A DNA stretch of 53,648 nucleotides from Nemertoderma westbladi (Eukaryota; Animalia; Xenacoelomorpha), in the NCBI GenBank assembly GCA_032718475.1, contig JAUCBJ010000649.1, positions 1 to 53,648 on the forward strand. The letters are read 5' to 3'. The notes under the pieces are model-generated. The model saw only the letters and a program-made list of their open reading frames with translations. It was not told where the DNA came from and ran no database searches. Both the position numbers and the translations under genes were made by a program. This document shows positions 23,563-35,920 of this stretch, piece after piece. Positions within the stretch are counted from its first letter, which is position 1; each line of letters begins with the position of its first letter.

Positions 23563-23780
23563 GGTATATCTACATGCCATATTTCGATTTCCTTTTTCCA
23601 GTCGCCATAGGAAAGATCTGCACGCATTTTGGGGGGTATTTTATAACTTGCCACACATGCCGATTCCGCCATTTTATTAAGGAAAACCATGCTCTGCTAC
23701 CATGAAATATTGACTATAAAGATAATATCACTCCTGACTGTCCTACATATATTTTAGATATTATTTCAGATAACACAATT
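23563..23780 (-). mobile_element. GalEa-like Copia remnant, 5' part (LTR end, PBS, gag start)
   Basis: ...TTTCA|TGGTAGCAGAGC (PBS at 23691-23702, tRNA-Met type as in GalEa). ATG at 23672 gives MAESACVASYKIPPKM..SYGDWKKEIEIW. Confidence 0.75.
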
Positions 23781-25998
23781 ACACCCTGACACCAGTAGGC
23801 ATGAGACACCGGTTACTCCTGTACCAGTAGACTTTACTGCAGTAAGGTCTGGTACAGATAACCCTATTTCTACAATAAGCTCCCATAACTCTTAGGTCCA
23901 AGGGTGATCCTAACATCCACATCCCGGGTCTCCTGTCTTCTTCGGTTTTGTAATCTGTATATATGTCAGTACCTCGTATCGGGTGTCCTGGGCTACTGTT
24001 AGAGCCTCTTCAACTGTTGCTTGTTTATTACGTCTAGCTCCCTCAACTTCTGTGTTTCTTTATCTTTATATAGTTAATCCATTACCATCTGTTGTAGCAC
24101 ACCACATTTTTCCTTATAATATGTCTTCCCTCGTCTTCTATGTAATCCCTCGGTCCGGGTTTATTCCAATATAGATTGTAATTATCTGATGATGTTCCCA
24201 CATCATTTAATACTTGTTGTACCGCAATACCTTTTCCAAGGTATCTCGTCCCATCATCAAATATCCTACCACAATATATATCCCGTTGGCTTGATTATTC
24301 GTCGTTGCTCTATCATTCGACTCGCTCCTCGCCATATCCGTACTGATTGCATTCGTGATAGCCTAACCGGTGGACTAGGTGATCTACTCCATAATAATAT
24401 AGACTTCTCATCCGAGTCAAGATTCCAACCCATGCGACTTTTTACTGCTGCTTTGTAGTCCCAATACTCATCTTTCTTGGGTACTATATTTTCGTCTTCA
24501 TCCCTTTGGATCCTTTGGACCGCACTACGTGTCTTTCTATTTCCATTATCCTCATCCGCATGGGCTCAAATCTGGTGGCCATCCAATGCCTGTATTCTCT
24601 ATCAGTCCTGGTATCTGTTGCTTGTTGTGTCTATGTTGCCATTGTTTAGATAAGATCAGAAGTACACATAGTACTGGTTCATCGTCGTCACAGTTCACTA
24701 TCTGGAAATCGCTAAGCTGCATATCGCGTTGCAAGCTAGATATCCCTATACTACTACTCAATTTACTCAGACAGATCGCCATCCTGTCCATCGGATACTT
24801 TAGTTCCTTGTTATCTAATACATTGAAATGTAAATCATCAGTATTGTAAGCGATAACGTTTCCACTTCCTAGTCCTCATAATGGTTTGGTTGCCACTATT
24901 AGTGCCTTCCTCATCGTCATTACCATTCTTCCAGTCTTTCAAAACTTCATCGGTTCTTCACCTTATGATGTATGCCATAAGCAGATACAAGAAAGAATTC
25001 AGTATCGTTTTTTCTTGTATTATATATTCCTGTTGGATTTTGGTTAAGTTGCCCTTCGTCCAACGCCATTTCTTCCATGGTTTAGGTCTCTTGTTTGCGA
25101 AATCTTCCACTACAAGCATCGTCTCTGGGTATCTTGTCTTATACTTCCTCCATTCAATTGGTTTCTGGTCATGTTGTCCCAGTACGATTGTGATACTTCC
25201 CATTGAAGTACGCTGCATCCATTTGATCATCCCCATGCTGTGTATGATCCTTGCCATTCCATCGCCACTGTAAATCTAATGTTGTGCCTATGTATCCACT
25301 CATAGTCTTGCCGATATCCTTTGTAATGTCCGAACTGTATAATATGTTCATTCTATCCAATATCAGGTGCCGTACTTCATCCGGTATCCTGTCATCCCTG
25401 TGATCATTCCTCATTACCTAGAATATGTATATGTCCCCGTCCAGATTGGACACGTGTAGGAAGCGCCTCCAACTTTGCCCTCCATATCCATTAATAGAAT
25501 ACCCATTTCTTTATCTCGTTTCTTGAAGGCCATCCATTGTTTACCCATTAGGTGCTTTGGCGTTTCTCCTTGGTTTTGATGTAGGTGCATCCTCGCTTCC
25601 ACTACATTATTTATTTGCAGCCTCCCATACATATTCGTCAACATTTCTTTATGTGCTAACCAGAATTTCTTCTATAACGCTGCCTTTCCATCATGTCTCA
25701 CTATCTTCACAGACTTGGATAGACTCATCATTGGACTTTATGCCACTCTATAGGGCGTCCCTCTTTATCAATGAGTTCATTTATTACTATTACCTTTCTA
25801 TATTGTATCTATAATGTTATGTTTCAATATCTTTAATTAAATTAATATAAACTTATCCTAGTGCCTAAATAATTTAGTAGAATCATAATCAACCCACTAT
25901 CCTAATCCTAATTTATTTTAGAGTTAGTTGAGTTATCCATTTGTTTCTCTTGTGGCTGTAAATAGCCATAATTGTACGTCACTCAAACAAATAAAAAT

Positions 25999-27081
25999 GC
26001 AATAATTTTTATTGTCCGTTTAAATCACTCATGATGCCCTTTTTTATGACTTTTTATGTCCTCCAGAAATTTACCATTAGGTTCCATGCTACCGGTTTCT
26101 CTACTGCTTTTCTCTCAGGCTATCAGTACCGGTATTAGTTTTTTTTTTATTTTTTTATGTCCTCCAGAAATTTACCGTTAGGTTCCATGCTACCGGTTTC
26201 TCTACTGCTGTTCTCTCAGGCTATCAGTACCGGTATTAGTATATAGAGCACTATTTTGCAGTATTGCATGTACAGATGTAGGTATAAAGCAGGTATTTTA
26301 GTACCGGTACCGGCACCGGTACTGCTGTATGCCTACTGTGTAGCCTACCATTTAAATACGGTACTGGTAGGCCTACCGGCTGACCAGTTGTTTTGGTTAG
26401 AAAATCCCGCCTCTGTAACCTGCTCCTTTCCCTGATTTGGTAAAGTGACCGTTTATTGTTTTGGTTAGAAAGGCCCGCCTCTTTAACCTCCTCCTTTCCT
26501 TCATTTTGTAAAGTGACTGTTTACTGTTTTGTTTAGAAAATCCCGCCTCTGTAACCTGCCCCTTTCCCTCAATTAGTTAAATGATCGTTTATTGTTTTGG
26601 TTAGAAAATCACGCCTCTGTAACATGCTCCTTTCCCTCAATTAGTTAATTGATCGTTTATTGTTTTGGTTAGAAAATCCCGCCTCTGTAACCTGCTCCTT
26701 TCCCTCAATTAGTTAAATGATCGTTTATTGTTTTGGATAGGAAATCCCGCCTCTGTAACCTGCTCCTTTCTCTCATTTGGTAATGTTATCGTTTATTGTG
26801 TTGGTTAGAAAAGACCATCTATGTAACCTGCTCCTTTCCTTCATTTGGTAAAGTGATTGTTTATTGTTTTTTTTAGAAAATCCCGCCTATGTAACCTGCT
26901 CCTTTCCCTGACTTGGTAAAGTGACCGTTTATTGTTTTGGTTAGAAAGGCTAGCCTCTGTAACCTGCTCCTTTCCTTCATTTGGTAAAGTGACTGTTTAT
27001 TGTTTTGGTTAGAAAATCCGGCCTTAACCTGCTCCTTTCCATCAATTGGTAATTGTTTTTGGCTATAAAATGAGTGTTTTG
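25999..27081 (+). repeat. Repeat element with a unique head and ~10 copies of a 68-bp satellite
   Basis: Unit GTTTATTGTTTTGGTTAGAAAATCCCGCCTCTGTAACCTGCTCCTTTCCCTC... The head (26000-26380) is the reverse complement of 33850-34140. Confidence 0.85.
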
Positions 27082-27094
27082 GTAGGCAATTGTT

Positions 27095-30000
27095 TGTCAT
27101 AGGTAATTGTGAGTGGATTCAATTCCGCCCACCACCCCATAAAGTTGGGAAATGGCGCCTTTTAGCGATATTGGGGATATGAGGTTAATCCCCAATTAAC
27201 CTCGTATCACACAACCAATAACGGGGACAACAAACCCCCAAAAGGCCACACAAAGGGAGGTCAGAGGTTAAACCTCCGGGAGAGAGAAAGTGAAGGCAGT
27301 GGGGGGGGGGGGGAATTAGGTTATTGGCCAATGGGGGGCAAGGAAAGTGCATCCGCTAGATACAGAGGCCACAAGTAAAGTAGGTAATCAATATATTACC
27401 AGTCAGTGTTTCTATCCTATTTCAGTTATCTCAGTCACATTCAATCTGAACTGTGCTATCATATATTACCGATCGTTATCTCAATTCTATATTTTGGAGT
27501 TTATTAATAACATTGGAACAACAACAAACTCTTTTACCATTCGCACAGTGACGCTGACGCGTAAATAAATCAAACCGGTCGGGATCCTCTGATCCCGTCA
27601 CAGTATTAAAGTCGCCTACTGGCCTAGTATTAAAGTCACCCAGTACGCCTAGACAACTACCATAACTGTGACTACCAGCCACCAGAAAGAAAGTGATAAA
27701 GGATGAGCGAAGCCCGAAACCTAGAGGGAGAGACGACACCGCCGCGGACCCTGGACGATATGAACGAAACGATCCATGAGGCCGCGACGCGACGGTATCG
27801 ACCCGCAACGCCGGACTCGCCGGAAAGAGACGATCCGGCAACAACCGAAGCGGAGGGCGGCCGTCTACCAGACCGAGAGGACGAGTTGACGCACGACGGC
27901 GGACGACGTACCGATGTCGCCGGCCAGCCACAGGCCGAAGGCGACGGACGGCCCACCAGAACAGCGATGGTGGGGCCGCCGGTACGACGCCGAACCAGGA
28001 GGGGAGGAGGAGAGGTCGGCGACGAGGACGTCGGAACCAGTGACCGGCTCCGACGAGCCTACAACGCAACTAAGAAACAACTCAAGGAAGCTAGAGAAGG
28101 TGTAAAGATAGATCCAGGGAGGTTGAACCTGCGACTAGATGAGTCGAACAAACACTTTTAAATACCTAGTTCGCTTCGGGCAGGGAGAACTAGCCAGTGA
28201 GAGAGCGAGGGGGGTCACCACCCAACTATTTGAATTGTGGCGATCATGGATAATGGAGCCCCAGATAGTGTACATAGGGCCGTATTTAGTGGATGCCAGG
28301 GGAATTAAGTTAGTGGGTTGGGCAGACCTCCATGAGGGCGAATCCGAGATGAACCCCGAGGATTCGGTCTCGTCAGTTAGCGAGAACCCCAGAAAGCGGG
28401 GGAAAGTTGGTAGGAAGGAGAGGCGACGGGAGTCCGTCGCGACCGACAAGTCCGCTACATCCTCCGCAAAAGTAAGAAGGGTATTAGAAATAGATCTGGC
28501 ATGTCAGTTGGATATGGTGGCGCTAGACCAGAAAGAGTTAGAGAGGCAGTTGGAAGAGGGAATTGCGTTGTTGGAAAGAGAGAGAGAACTGGCGAGAGAG
28601 AATAAAGAGAGGGCTGAGAGGGTCGCGAGAAACTTTAGAGAGTGTGATGAGATAGAAATAAGGGAAGGAAAGGAGCGAGAAGAGCGAGAGACGAAAGAGA
28701 TGAACGAGCATAAGGAGCGAGAGGCGAAAGAGGCGAGTGAGCGTAAGGAGCGTGAGGCGAGAGGGGCGAGCGAGCGAAAGGAGCATGAGGCGAGACGGCT
28801 TGAGAGGATTGCGAGAGAGGCGGAATTGGCCGTGCAGAGTTTGCTAGAGGATAGGGAGAGAGAGAGAACGGGAAAGCGTATGCGGGATGATATGCACGCC
28901 CGGTTGAGGGGGCTTATGCAATATCAGGCCAAACAGAAGCGCCGATTGGAACTGGCGCAGTTGGGGCTGTCAGAGAGTGAGGCTGGATCGGGTAGTGTTT
29001 ACGAGGAGCCAGAAGTTATGGAAACATTTGTTAATACCCCACTTACAGGGACCGGATGACAGACCCAAGACTGGTGTAACCGTACAGGCGGGGGGGGGGG
29101 GGGTAATAATAATACGTTAGAGAACGTTAATATTAATAGTACCGTAGTGGATAACCCTAATCAAACTTTCATTGCAGGAAATAATATTTTGCCCGATAAT
29201 AGTAATTTAAATCCGAACGATCCTAATTTAAATGTAGGAAATAATTCAAATAATCTAGATTCGAATATACAAAATAATTCAAATAATTTAAATTCAAATA
29301 CGCAAAATAATCTAAATAATAATCTTAACTCAAACGAACAAAATAACCCCAATTCGAAATAATTTAAATAATAATCCGGATTCAGAAAATAATTCTAATA
29401 ATTTAAATAATTTAGAAAATAGTATTGATATTAATGTGCTATTAATGTAAAAGAGGCAGATGTGGGGCCCTGGTAGGCCACGTAGTTAATACGCAGGGAG
29501 TCACAGGGTTGAGTCAACCCGACGGGAGCAACGCAGTGATAGAGGGAGAGGCGGGGGTGCATAGACCCAGCTGCAGTAGAGTTAGTGCGTCGACTAGAGA
29601 GGGGTGTAGAAGCGAAGTGAGAGATAGTGAAGTGATAGGTGGCGAGTGGGGGGGGGGGGGCGGTGGGGGGGGGGGGGGGGGGCTGCAGGAGCCCCACGAC
29701 AAGATATTAGCGGCGAGAGGAGGGGCAGAGAGTGCCCCACAGGCATCGGTGGATAATGCGTGGGGCAAATTAGGTGAACCGCAGCACCCGGCGATGGAGA
29801 ATAGTAGGGGGATTACGAGTATCCCCAGCGGCAGCGGCGCGCGACCGGGTAGAGAGAGAGAGGTTGACGTTGTGAGGGGGCGAGCGACGAGACGTCGAGC
29901 CCAGTCAGAAAAGGGAAGAAGAACAGTGGAGTTTAACCGGGAGGTCGACAAGAGATCTCATGAGCGGGGACACTACACTGCAGAGAGAAAAATGGAAGAG

Positions 30001-30160
30001 AGTAGAAGAAGTGTCGTCGCAAACGACAGGAGAGCGAGGATGGATAGTGAGCCGTCGGTAGTCGAGATGGAGTCGGAGAGTCGGTGGGGTCGAACTCCGG
30101 GAGATTGCCGTCATCCCGGAGAAACGCGACCTGACAAGGTGTACTATACAGATACGGCAT
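27095..30160 (+). mobile_element. Truncated Bel/Pao-like element: putative LTR (to 27602) and decayed gag N-terminus
   Basis: AATAAA, then hairpin CGGGATC..GATCCCG and ACA|GTA. ORFs 27703-29059 contain PEDSVSSV..SATSSAK and a coiled coil, typical of Bel/Pao gag N-termini. No pol is present, and the left boundary is approximate. Confidence 0.6.
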
Positions 30161-30162
30161 AC

Positions 30163-30437
30163 CGTTTATTGTTTTGGTTAGAAAAGACCATCTAGGTAAC
30201 CTGCTCCTTTCCCTGATTTGGTAAAGTGACCGTTTATTGTTTTGGTTAGAAAGGCTAGCCTCTGTAACCTGCTCCTTTCCTTCATTTGGTAAAGTAACTG
30301 TTTATTGTTTTGGTTAGAAAATCCGGCCTTAACCTGCTCCTTTCCATCAATTGGTAATTGTCTTTGGCTATAAAATGAGTGTTTTGCTACGTCATGTGGT
30401 AATCGATTATCGACAACAACCACAAACTATTAAATTT
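30163..30437 (+). repeat. Second piece of the 68-bp-satellite element (about 3 units plus tail)
   Basis: Near-duplicate of 26858-27081. The tail is the reverse complement of 32240-32330. Confidence 0.85.
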
Positions 30438-31189
30438 AGTTTCTTCTGCAGTTAATACTGCAATGAAATTATATATGGGCTTCACTTCACTTCCCATTCG
30501 TCTGACTTTCTGTGTGTTTAAATTCCCATTCTTCATTATTTTATTATTTAAATTCTTATTTAATCTTGCTTTATTTCCTGTCGCTCATACACAATTATCC
30601 TGTTTGTCATAAAATCATGTCATTGTAATAATCATATGTCATTATATGTCTAATTTATCGTATGTCTTCATATAATATACATAATATGTCATCATTCATT
30701 CATCAGCACACTTTAATTTAATTTAGCTGGATTATTCGTAATATAAATGTAAATTCATAAATAATTCCTATAAATATAATTCTATCCTAGGGCCTAATAT
30801 AAATATCCTACTTTATTATATTACTTTATGACTTTATTTTACTGCTAATGGGTATACGCCAGGGTTTTATTTTCCCCGCACTTTTATTGAGCCTGTTCAT
30901 ATAAACAGCATTTGTTTATTGGTCTTAGAATGGCTTTCTTAGCACTCTTCACTGTCCTTAGTTCGACTGTCCTGACATGCCTATCTCTCCCGGTTTTTGT
31001 ACCGACTACTCTGGCTAATATCTAGTCGAACTAAGTCCTATTCTATTATACTATTATAAGGACTATACTAGTCCTTATACTATTATCTTAATAATTTGTT
31101 TAATAGAAGCAACTAGCACTATTCGTTCTGTGAGTTGAATATACATAACTGCACAGTGCACCTGATACATGGAGGATACATGGAACACC

Positions 31190-31975
31190 AAATTTATTAA
31201 ACACATTTACAGTTTGTAACTCCAGCACCGAATAAAAGTAATGATTGTCTAAAAGGTTGTAAAGTAAGGATAACAGTACATAATTTGAAAAGATCTACGC
31301 CTATAAGTTATTACGATGTTTAAATGCCTTACATGTGAAAATAGATAGATTTTTGATTTCAAGTCTGGACTGAGATAAAAGTAGTTTCCGAAGTTTGTAT
31401 ACGGTCGGGATTATGTGGAAATACCGTTTTATGTATTCTGATCTGAGTTCTCTGTAAGCCGGACATATCAATAAAAAATGTAGTTCATCTTCGATTGCCC
31501 CTGAATTACAAATCCGACACCAAGATCTCCAACACCGACCAAGATCTCTCCAAAGCCGCTTGTCGTTCCCACCATCCAACCTCAATCTGCAAGCCATGAC
31601 TAGTACACCTTGCGAACAAGGGCCAACTTTAAAGCGGGGGAATCTTTCAGCAGATTGAGGTATTGTTCAGTCGCAAATCTGTCCTTTATGTATAGTCTTC
31701 CCTTGGGAGAAAGGTCAATGCTAATCCACCAAGATTGTATGAAGTGGTCACCCAAAACCTGTCTAACGGTTCTCAAAAACCCATCACGATCTTCAACCTC
31801 TTGGTTGTTCCACGCCCAGCTTAACCCTATACTATCTAAGCAGTCTCTAACTCTAGAAGCCCAGTTGACCACAGATCCATTGGTAACTGAGACCTGATAC
31901 AGTTCAAGGTAAATATTCGTACTTAGCCTATGGTTGGGTAGATAAAGCAGGCGTAACCAGAACTTTAATATGGCA
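31190..31975 (-). pseudogene. 5'-truncated non-LTR retrotransposon (ORF2 C-terminus and 3' UTR)
   Basis: NWASRVRDCLDSIGLSWAW..Q and CRICNSGAIEDELHFLLICPAYRELR (C-terminal CCHC). Minus-strand AATAAA near 31194-31199. Clade not determined. Confidence 0.8.
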
Positions 31976-31979
31976 GTGA

Positions 31980-34140
31980 TTTTTTATGTCCTTTTATTTG
32001 ACTTTTTTTGTCATTTTTTGTTTACGAATTATTCATAATGACTTTTGTTGTCCTTTTAATGACTTTTATTGTCCTTTTAATGACTTTTTATGTATGTATT
32101 TCTTCAAACTGTCAGACTGCTGATTTCTGGACTGTCAGACAGTTGATTTCACTATGCCTGTGCCAAAACATTCCATGACTCCATGATTTATAGACTATGA
32201 GATAGATTTCCATATGCGCCTGTGGTAAAAAGACTCTATATTTAATAGTTTGTGGTTGTTGTCGATAATCGATTACCACATGACGTAGCAAAACACTCAT
32301 TTTATAGCCAAAAACAATTACCAATTGATGGAAAGGAGCAGGTTAAGGCCGAGTTTTCTAACCAAAACAATAAACAGTCACTTTTCCAAATCAGGGAAAG
32401 GAGCAGGTTACAGAGACGGGATTTTCTAACCAAAACAATAAACGATCACTTAACTAATTGAGGGAAAGGAGCAGGTTACAGAGGCGGGATTTTCTAACCA
32501 AAACAATAAACGATCACTTAACTTATTGAGGGAAAGGAGCAGGTTACAGAGGCGGGATTTTCTAACCAAAACAATAAACGATCATTTAACTAATTGAGGG
32601 AAAGGGACAGGTTACAGAGGCGGAATTTTCTAACCAAAACAATAAACGATCACTTAACTAATTGAGGGAAAGGAGCAGGTTACAGAGGCGGGATTTTCTA
32701 ACCAAAACAATAAACGATCATTTAACTAATTGAGGGAAATGGGCAGGTTACAGAGGCGAGCCTTTCTAACCAAAATAATAAACGGTCACTTTACCAATTC
32801 AGGGAAAGGAGCAGGTTACAGAGGCGGGATTTTCTATCCAAAACAATAAACGATCATTTAACTAATTGAGGGAAAGGGGCAGGTTACAGAGGTAGGATTT
32901 TCTAACCAAAACAATAAACGATCATTTAACTAATTGAGGGAAAGGAGCAGGTTACAGAGACGGGATTTTCTAAGCAAAACAATAAATGATAACATTACCA
33001 ATTGAGAGAAAGGAGCAGGTTACAGAGGCGGGATTTTCTAACCAAAACAATAAACGATAACATTACCAATTGAGGGAAAGGAGCAGGTTACAGAGGCGGA
33101 ATTTTCTAACCAAAACAATAAACGATCACTTAACTAATTGAGGGAAAGGAGCAGGTTACAGAGGCGGGATTTTCTAACCAAAACAATAAACGATCATTTA
33201 ACTAATTGAGGGAAATGGGCAGGTTACAGAGGCGAGCCTTTCTAACCAAAATAATAAACGGTCACTTTACCAATTCAGGGAAAGGAGCAGGTTACAGAGG
33301 CGGGATTTTCTAACCAAAACAATAAACGATCATTTAACTAATTGAGGGAAAGGGGCAGGTTACAGAGGTGGGATTTTCTAACCAAAACAATAAACGATCA
33401 TTTAACTAATTGAGGGAAAGGAGCAGGTTACAGAGACGGGATTTTCTAAGCAAAACAATAAACGATAACATTACCAATTGAGAGAAAGGAGCAGGTTACA
33501 GAGGCGGGATTTTCTAACCAAAACAATAAACGATAACATTACCAATTGAGGGAAAGGAGCAGGTTACAGAGGCGGGATTTTCTAACCAAAACAATAAACG
33601 ATCACTTAACTAATTGAGGGAAAGGAGCAGGTTAAGGCCGGATTTTCTAACCCAAACAATAAACAGTCACTTTACCAAATCAGGGAAAGGAGCAGGTTAT
33701 CCGTAACACTACTCAGACAGTAGTCATGATCCATTATTGATTATAAAACTAATACAGTAATAGGCCTAAATTATGTGAAAGGTATATCCACATTTTCCAC
33801 AATCCTGCAATCCAGTTTGGCCTATCAATTATTTAATATTTATTAGCACAACCGGTAGGCCTACCATTACCGTATTTAAATGGTAGGCTACACAGTAGGC
33901 CTATAGCAGTACCGGTGCCGGTACCGGTACTAAAATACAGAAATACCTGCTTTATACCTACATCTGTATATACATACAGCAAAATAGTGCTATATATACT
34001 AATACCGGTACTGATAGCATGAGAGAACAGCAGTAGAGAAACCGGTAGCATGGAACCTAACATTAGACTTTTGGAGGACATAAAAAAAATAAAAAAAAAA
34101 GGACAAAAAAAGGATTAAAACTGACAATAAAAATTATTGC
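31980..34140 (-). repeat. Inverted copy of the satellite element with ~20 x 68-bp units (32330-33700)
   Basis: Period 68 (for example, equivalent bases at 32504 and 32572). Flanks are reverse-complementary to 26000-26380 and 30350-30437. Confidence 0.9.
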
Positions 34141-34656
34141 GCTTTAATATCATGAACTTCCTGTGAGTAATAAGGGGCATCACGCCTGACTCGCCATACA
34201 CCATGAAGTTTGGTGTACTGGACTTTAGACCAATCTATACTTGAGAAAGGACAGCTGACGTTTTCGATATCATTGCCCGCATGGAAACCCCAAACTTCGG
34301 CACCATAATTCAATATTGGTATAATAAGAGTTGAAAATAGCGGAGATCAAATGATATATTCGAGAATTTGCTTAGATATCTGAATAGAGAAAAGAGTGCC
34401 TTCTTTGCTTTCATTGCCAGTGCCTTCTGCGCTACAACAAAACTTCCGGAAGAAGAAAACTCGTCACATCAGCAATGTTTAGCTTATCTACAAGTGTAGA
34501 GAGTGCTGTAGAAATGTATTGTAGTTAAGAGAACCAAGTACACTGCGTCTGGGATAATCGGGTTTGAATTTGTATAAGGGTAATATACCATTTAGTCTCC
34601 CTGATAAAGGGTTTAAGTTAAATTATTTACTGTCAGAGGAGGGTCCTCAAATAGGG

Positions 34657-35894
34657 TGTTCGCGCTTTTAAGACCTTTGGCAGTTTAACCCGCCAAATCT
34701 ATATGTCTTCTAGGTTATAAATCTACTCCAGCCTATGACAAGTATTGAACACCTATAATAATTCTAACATTAGCCAAAGCCAGTCTGTGCGCGACCATTC
34801 ACCCGCTGGATATACCCGGGAGACTGGATTTGGATGCTTTAATTTGATTGCGGTGCAGGCCTACCGTACTATTCGATTGATCGTTAATATATAATCTCTG
34901 ACGAATATTATTCACTTTCGGGAAATATTAGCAGTTCCTTTAGGACGTGGCGCTCTATCTATTTAAACAGAGCTATGACTTACTCTATACACAACAGTAT
35001 GTCTTATAGATCACCAAAGTGCATTCTTTAGGAAATGCTTTGTTACTCGGTCAAGCACACACAGACTATTGCACACAACTGCACACTGAATTGCCGACAT
35101 TCACTGATTTTAATCATATATAAAGAGAATAACAACCGACATTTGTAGGGCCTATTAAGTAGCATTGAACTCACTACAAACCACGATAATGTATGTCGCA
35201 AATTGTTATATGTAACCGGTCTCTCTAACCTTAGTGTATCAAGAAGATTGGGTTTTCAGATCGTTATCAATATTCTTCCCAATAATAATATGTAAACGAA
35301 CGATACAATTAACAACACAGTAAATAGCAGTAAATAATGCGGCGAAAAGCAGTTTACGTCAGGGTGCTTAATCAGATGCCGAGACAGACCGAGTACTTAA
35401 CCAAGTTGACCAAGATAACAGTTTGATGATCTTATAATTAAAGACGCTCTAATGTCAGAAAACATTCCCCGGCCGGTGTTCTAGGCGTGGGGGAAACGTC
35501 AGTACTGAATCCTGTAATTCTGCTGTACAGCTTTTACACAAAGAGGGAAACTCTGATTGGTCGAATGGCAAAAAGCTCCACGTGGATACAGCTGATAGAT
35601 GTCGTTATTTTGAGCTGAGCAGAACAAAGAACCAAGGCAAGGCTCCGGGCAAGCTACACGTGTAAAGCTCAGCCATTAGCTGTCATCATAGTAACGACAC
35701 TGTTTCAAGAGGATCTAGGGCGTTGCGTCATAGAATTGCTAATCATGTCCTCCAAAGTACACATACAGAAGAAATAACTTTTATGTCCCCTAAAAACACC
35801 GGTACAGCAATGACACGGCCTTTTATGCCTGCTAAACCAACTACAGAGTACTTTATGGGGAAAATAACCGGGCAATTCCGCAAAAGCTTTTACA
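34657..35894 (-). repeat. 3' LTR of element 2 (1238 bp)
   Basis: Direct repeat of 45259-46503 with ~10 substitutions and 2 small indels. Confidence 0.97.
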
Positions 35895-35902
35895 CCGCTC
35901 CC
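35895..35902 (-). promoter_or_regulatory. Polypurine tract GGGAGCGG
   Basis: Abuts the 3' LTR and shares its core with the element 1 tract. Confidence 0.7.
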
Positions 35903-35920
35903 AGAAAATGGGATTTTAGT

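Noticed and set aside
26366-26377. GGTAGGCCTACC (also at 33854) as extra copies of the element 1 stem-loop
   Set aside because: A simple palindrome belonging to the satellite element; it lacks the 4-nt loop and the CCTTCC arm.
29147-29430. Asn-rich ORF as an independent gene
   Set aside because: Low-complexity stretch inside the decayed gag remnant, with stops.
26873-32461. Similar 69-81-aa ORFs at 26873, 30178 and 32252
   Set aside because: Translations of the satellite element tail, with no sign of coding function.
32330-33700. Regular repeat array as a CRISPR
   Set aside because: Contiguous 68-bp tandem units with no unique spacers, no cas genes, and a eukaryotic context.
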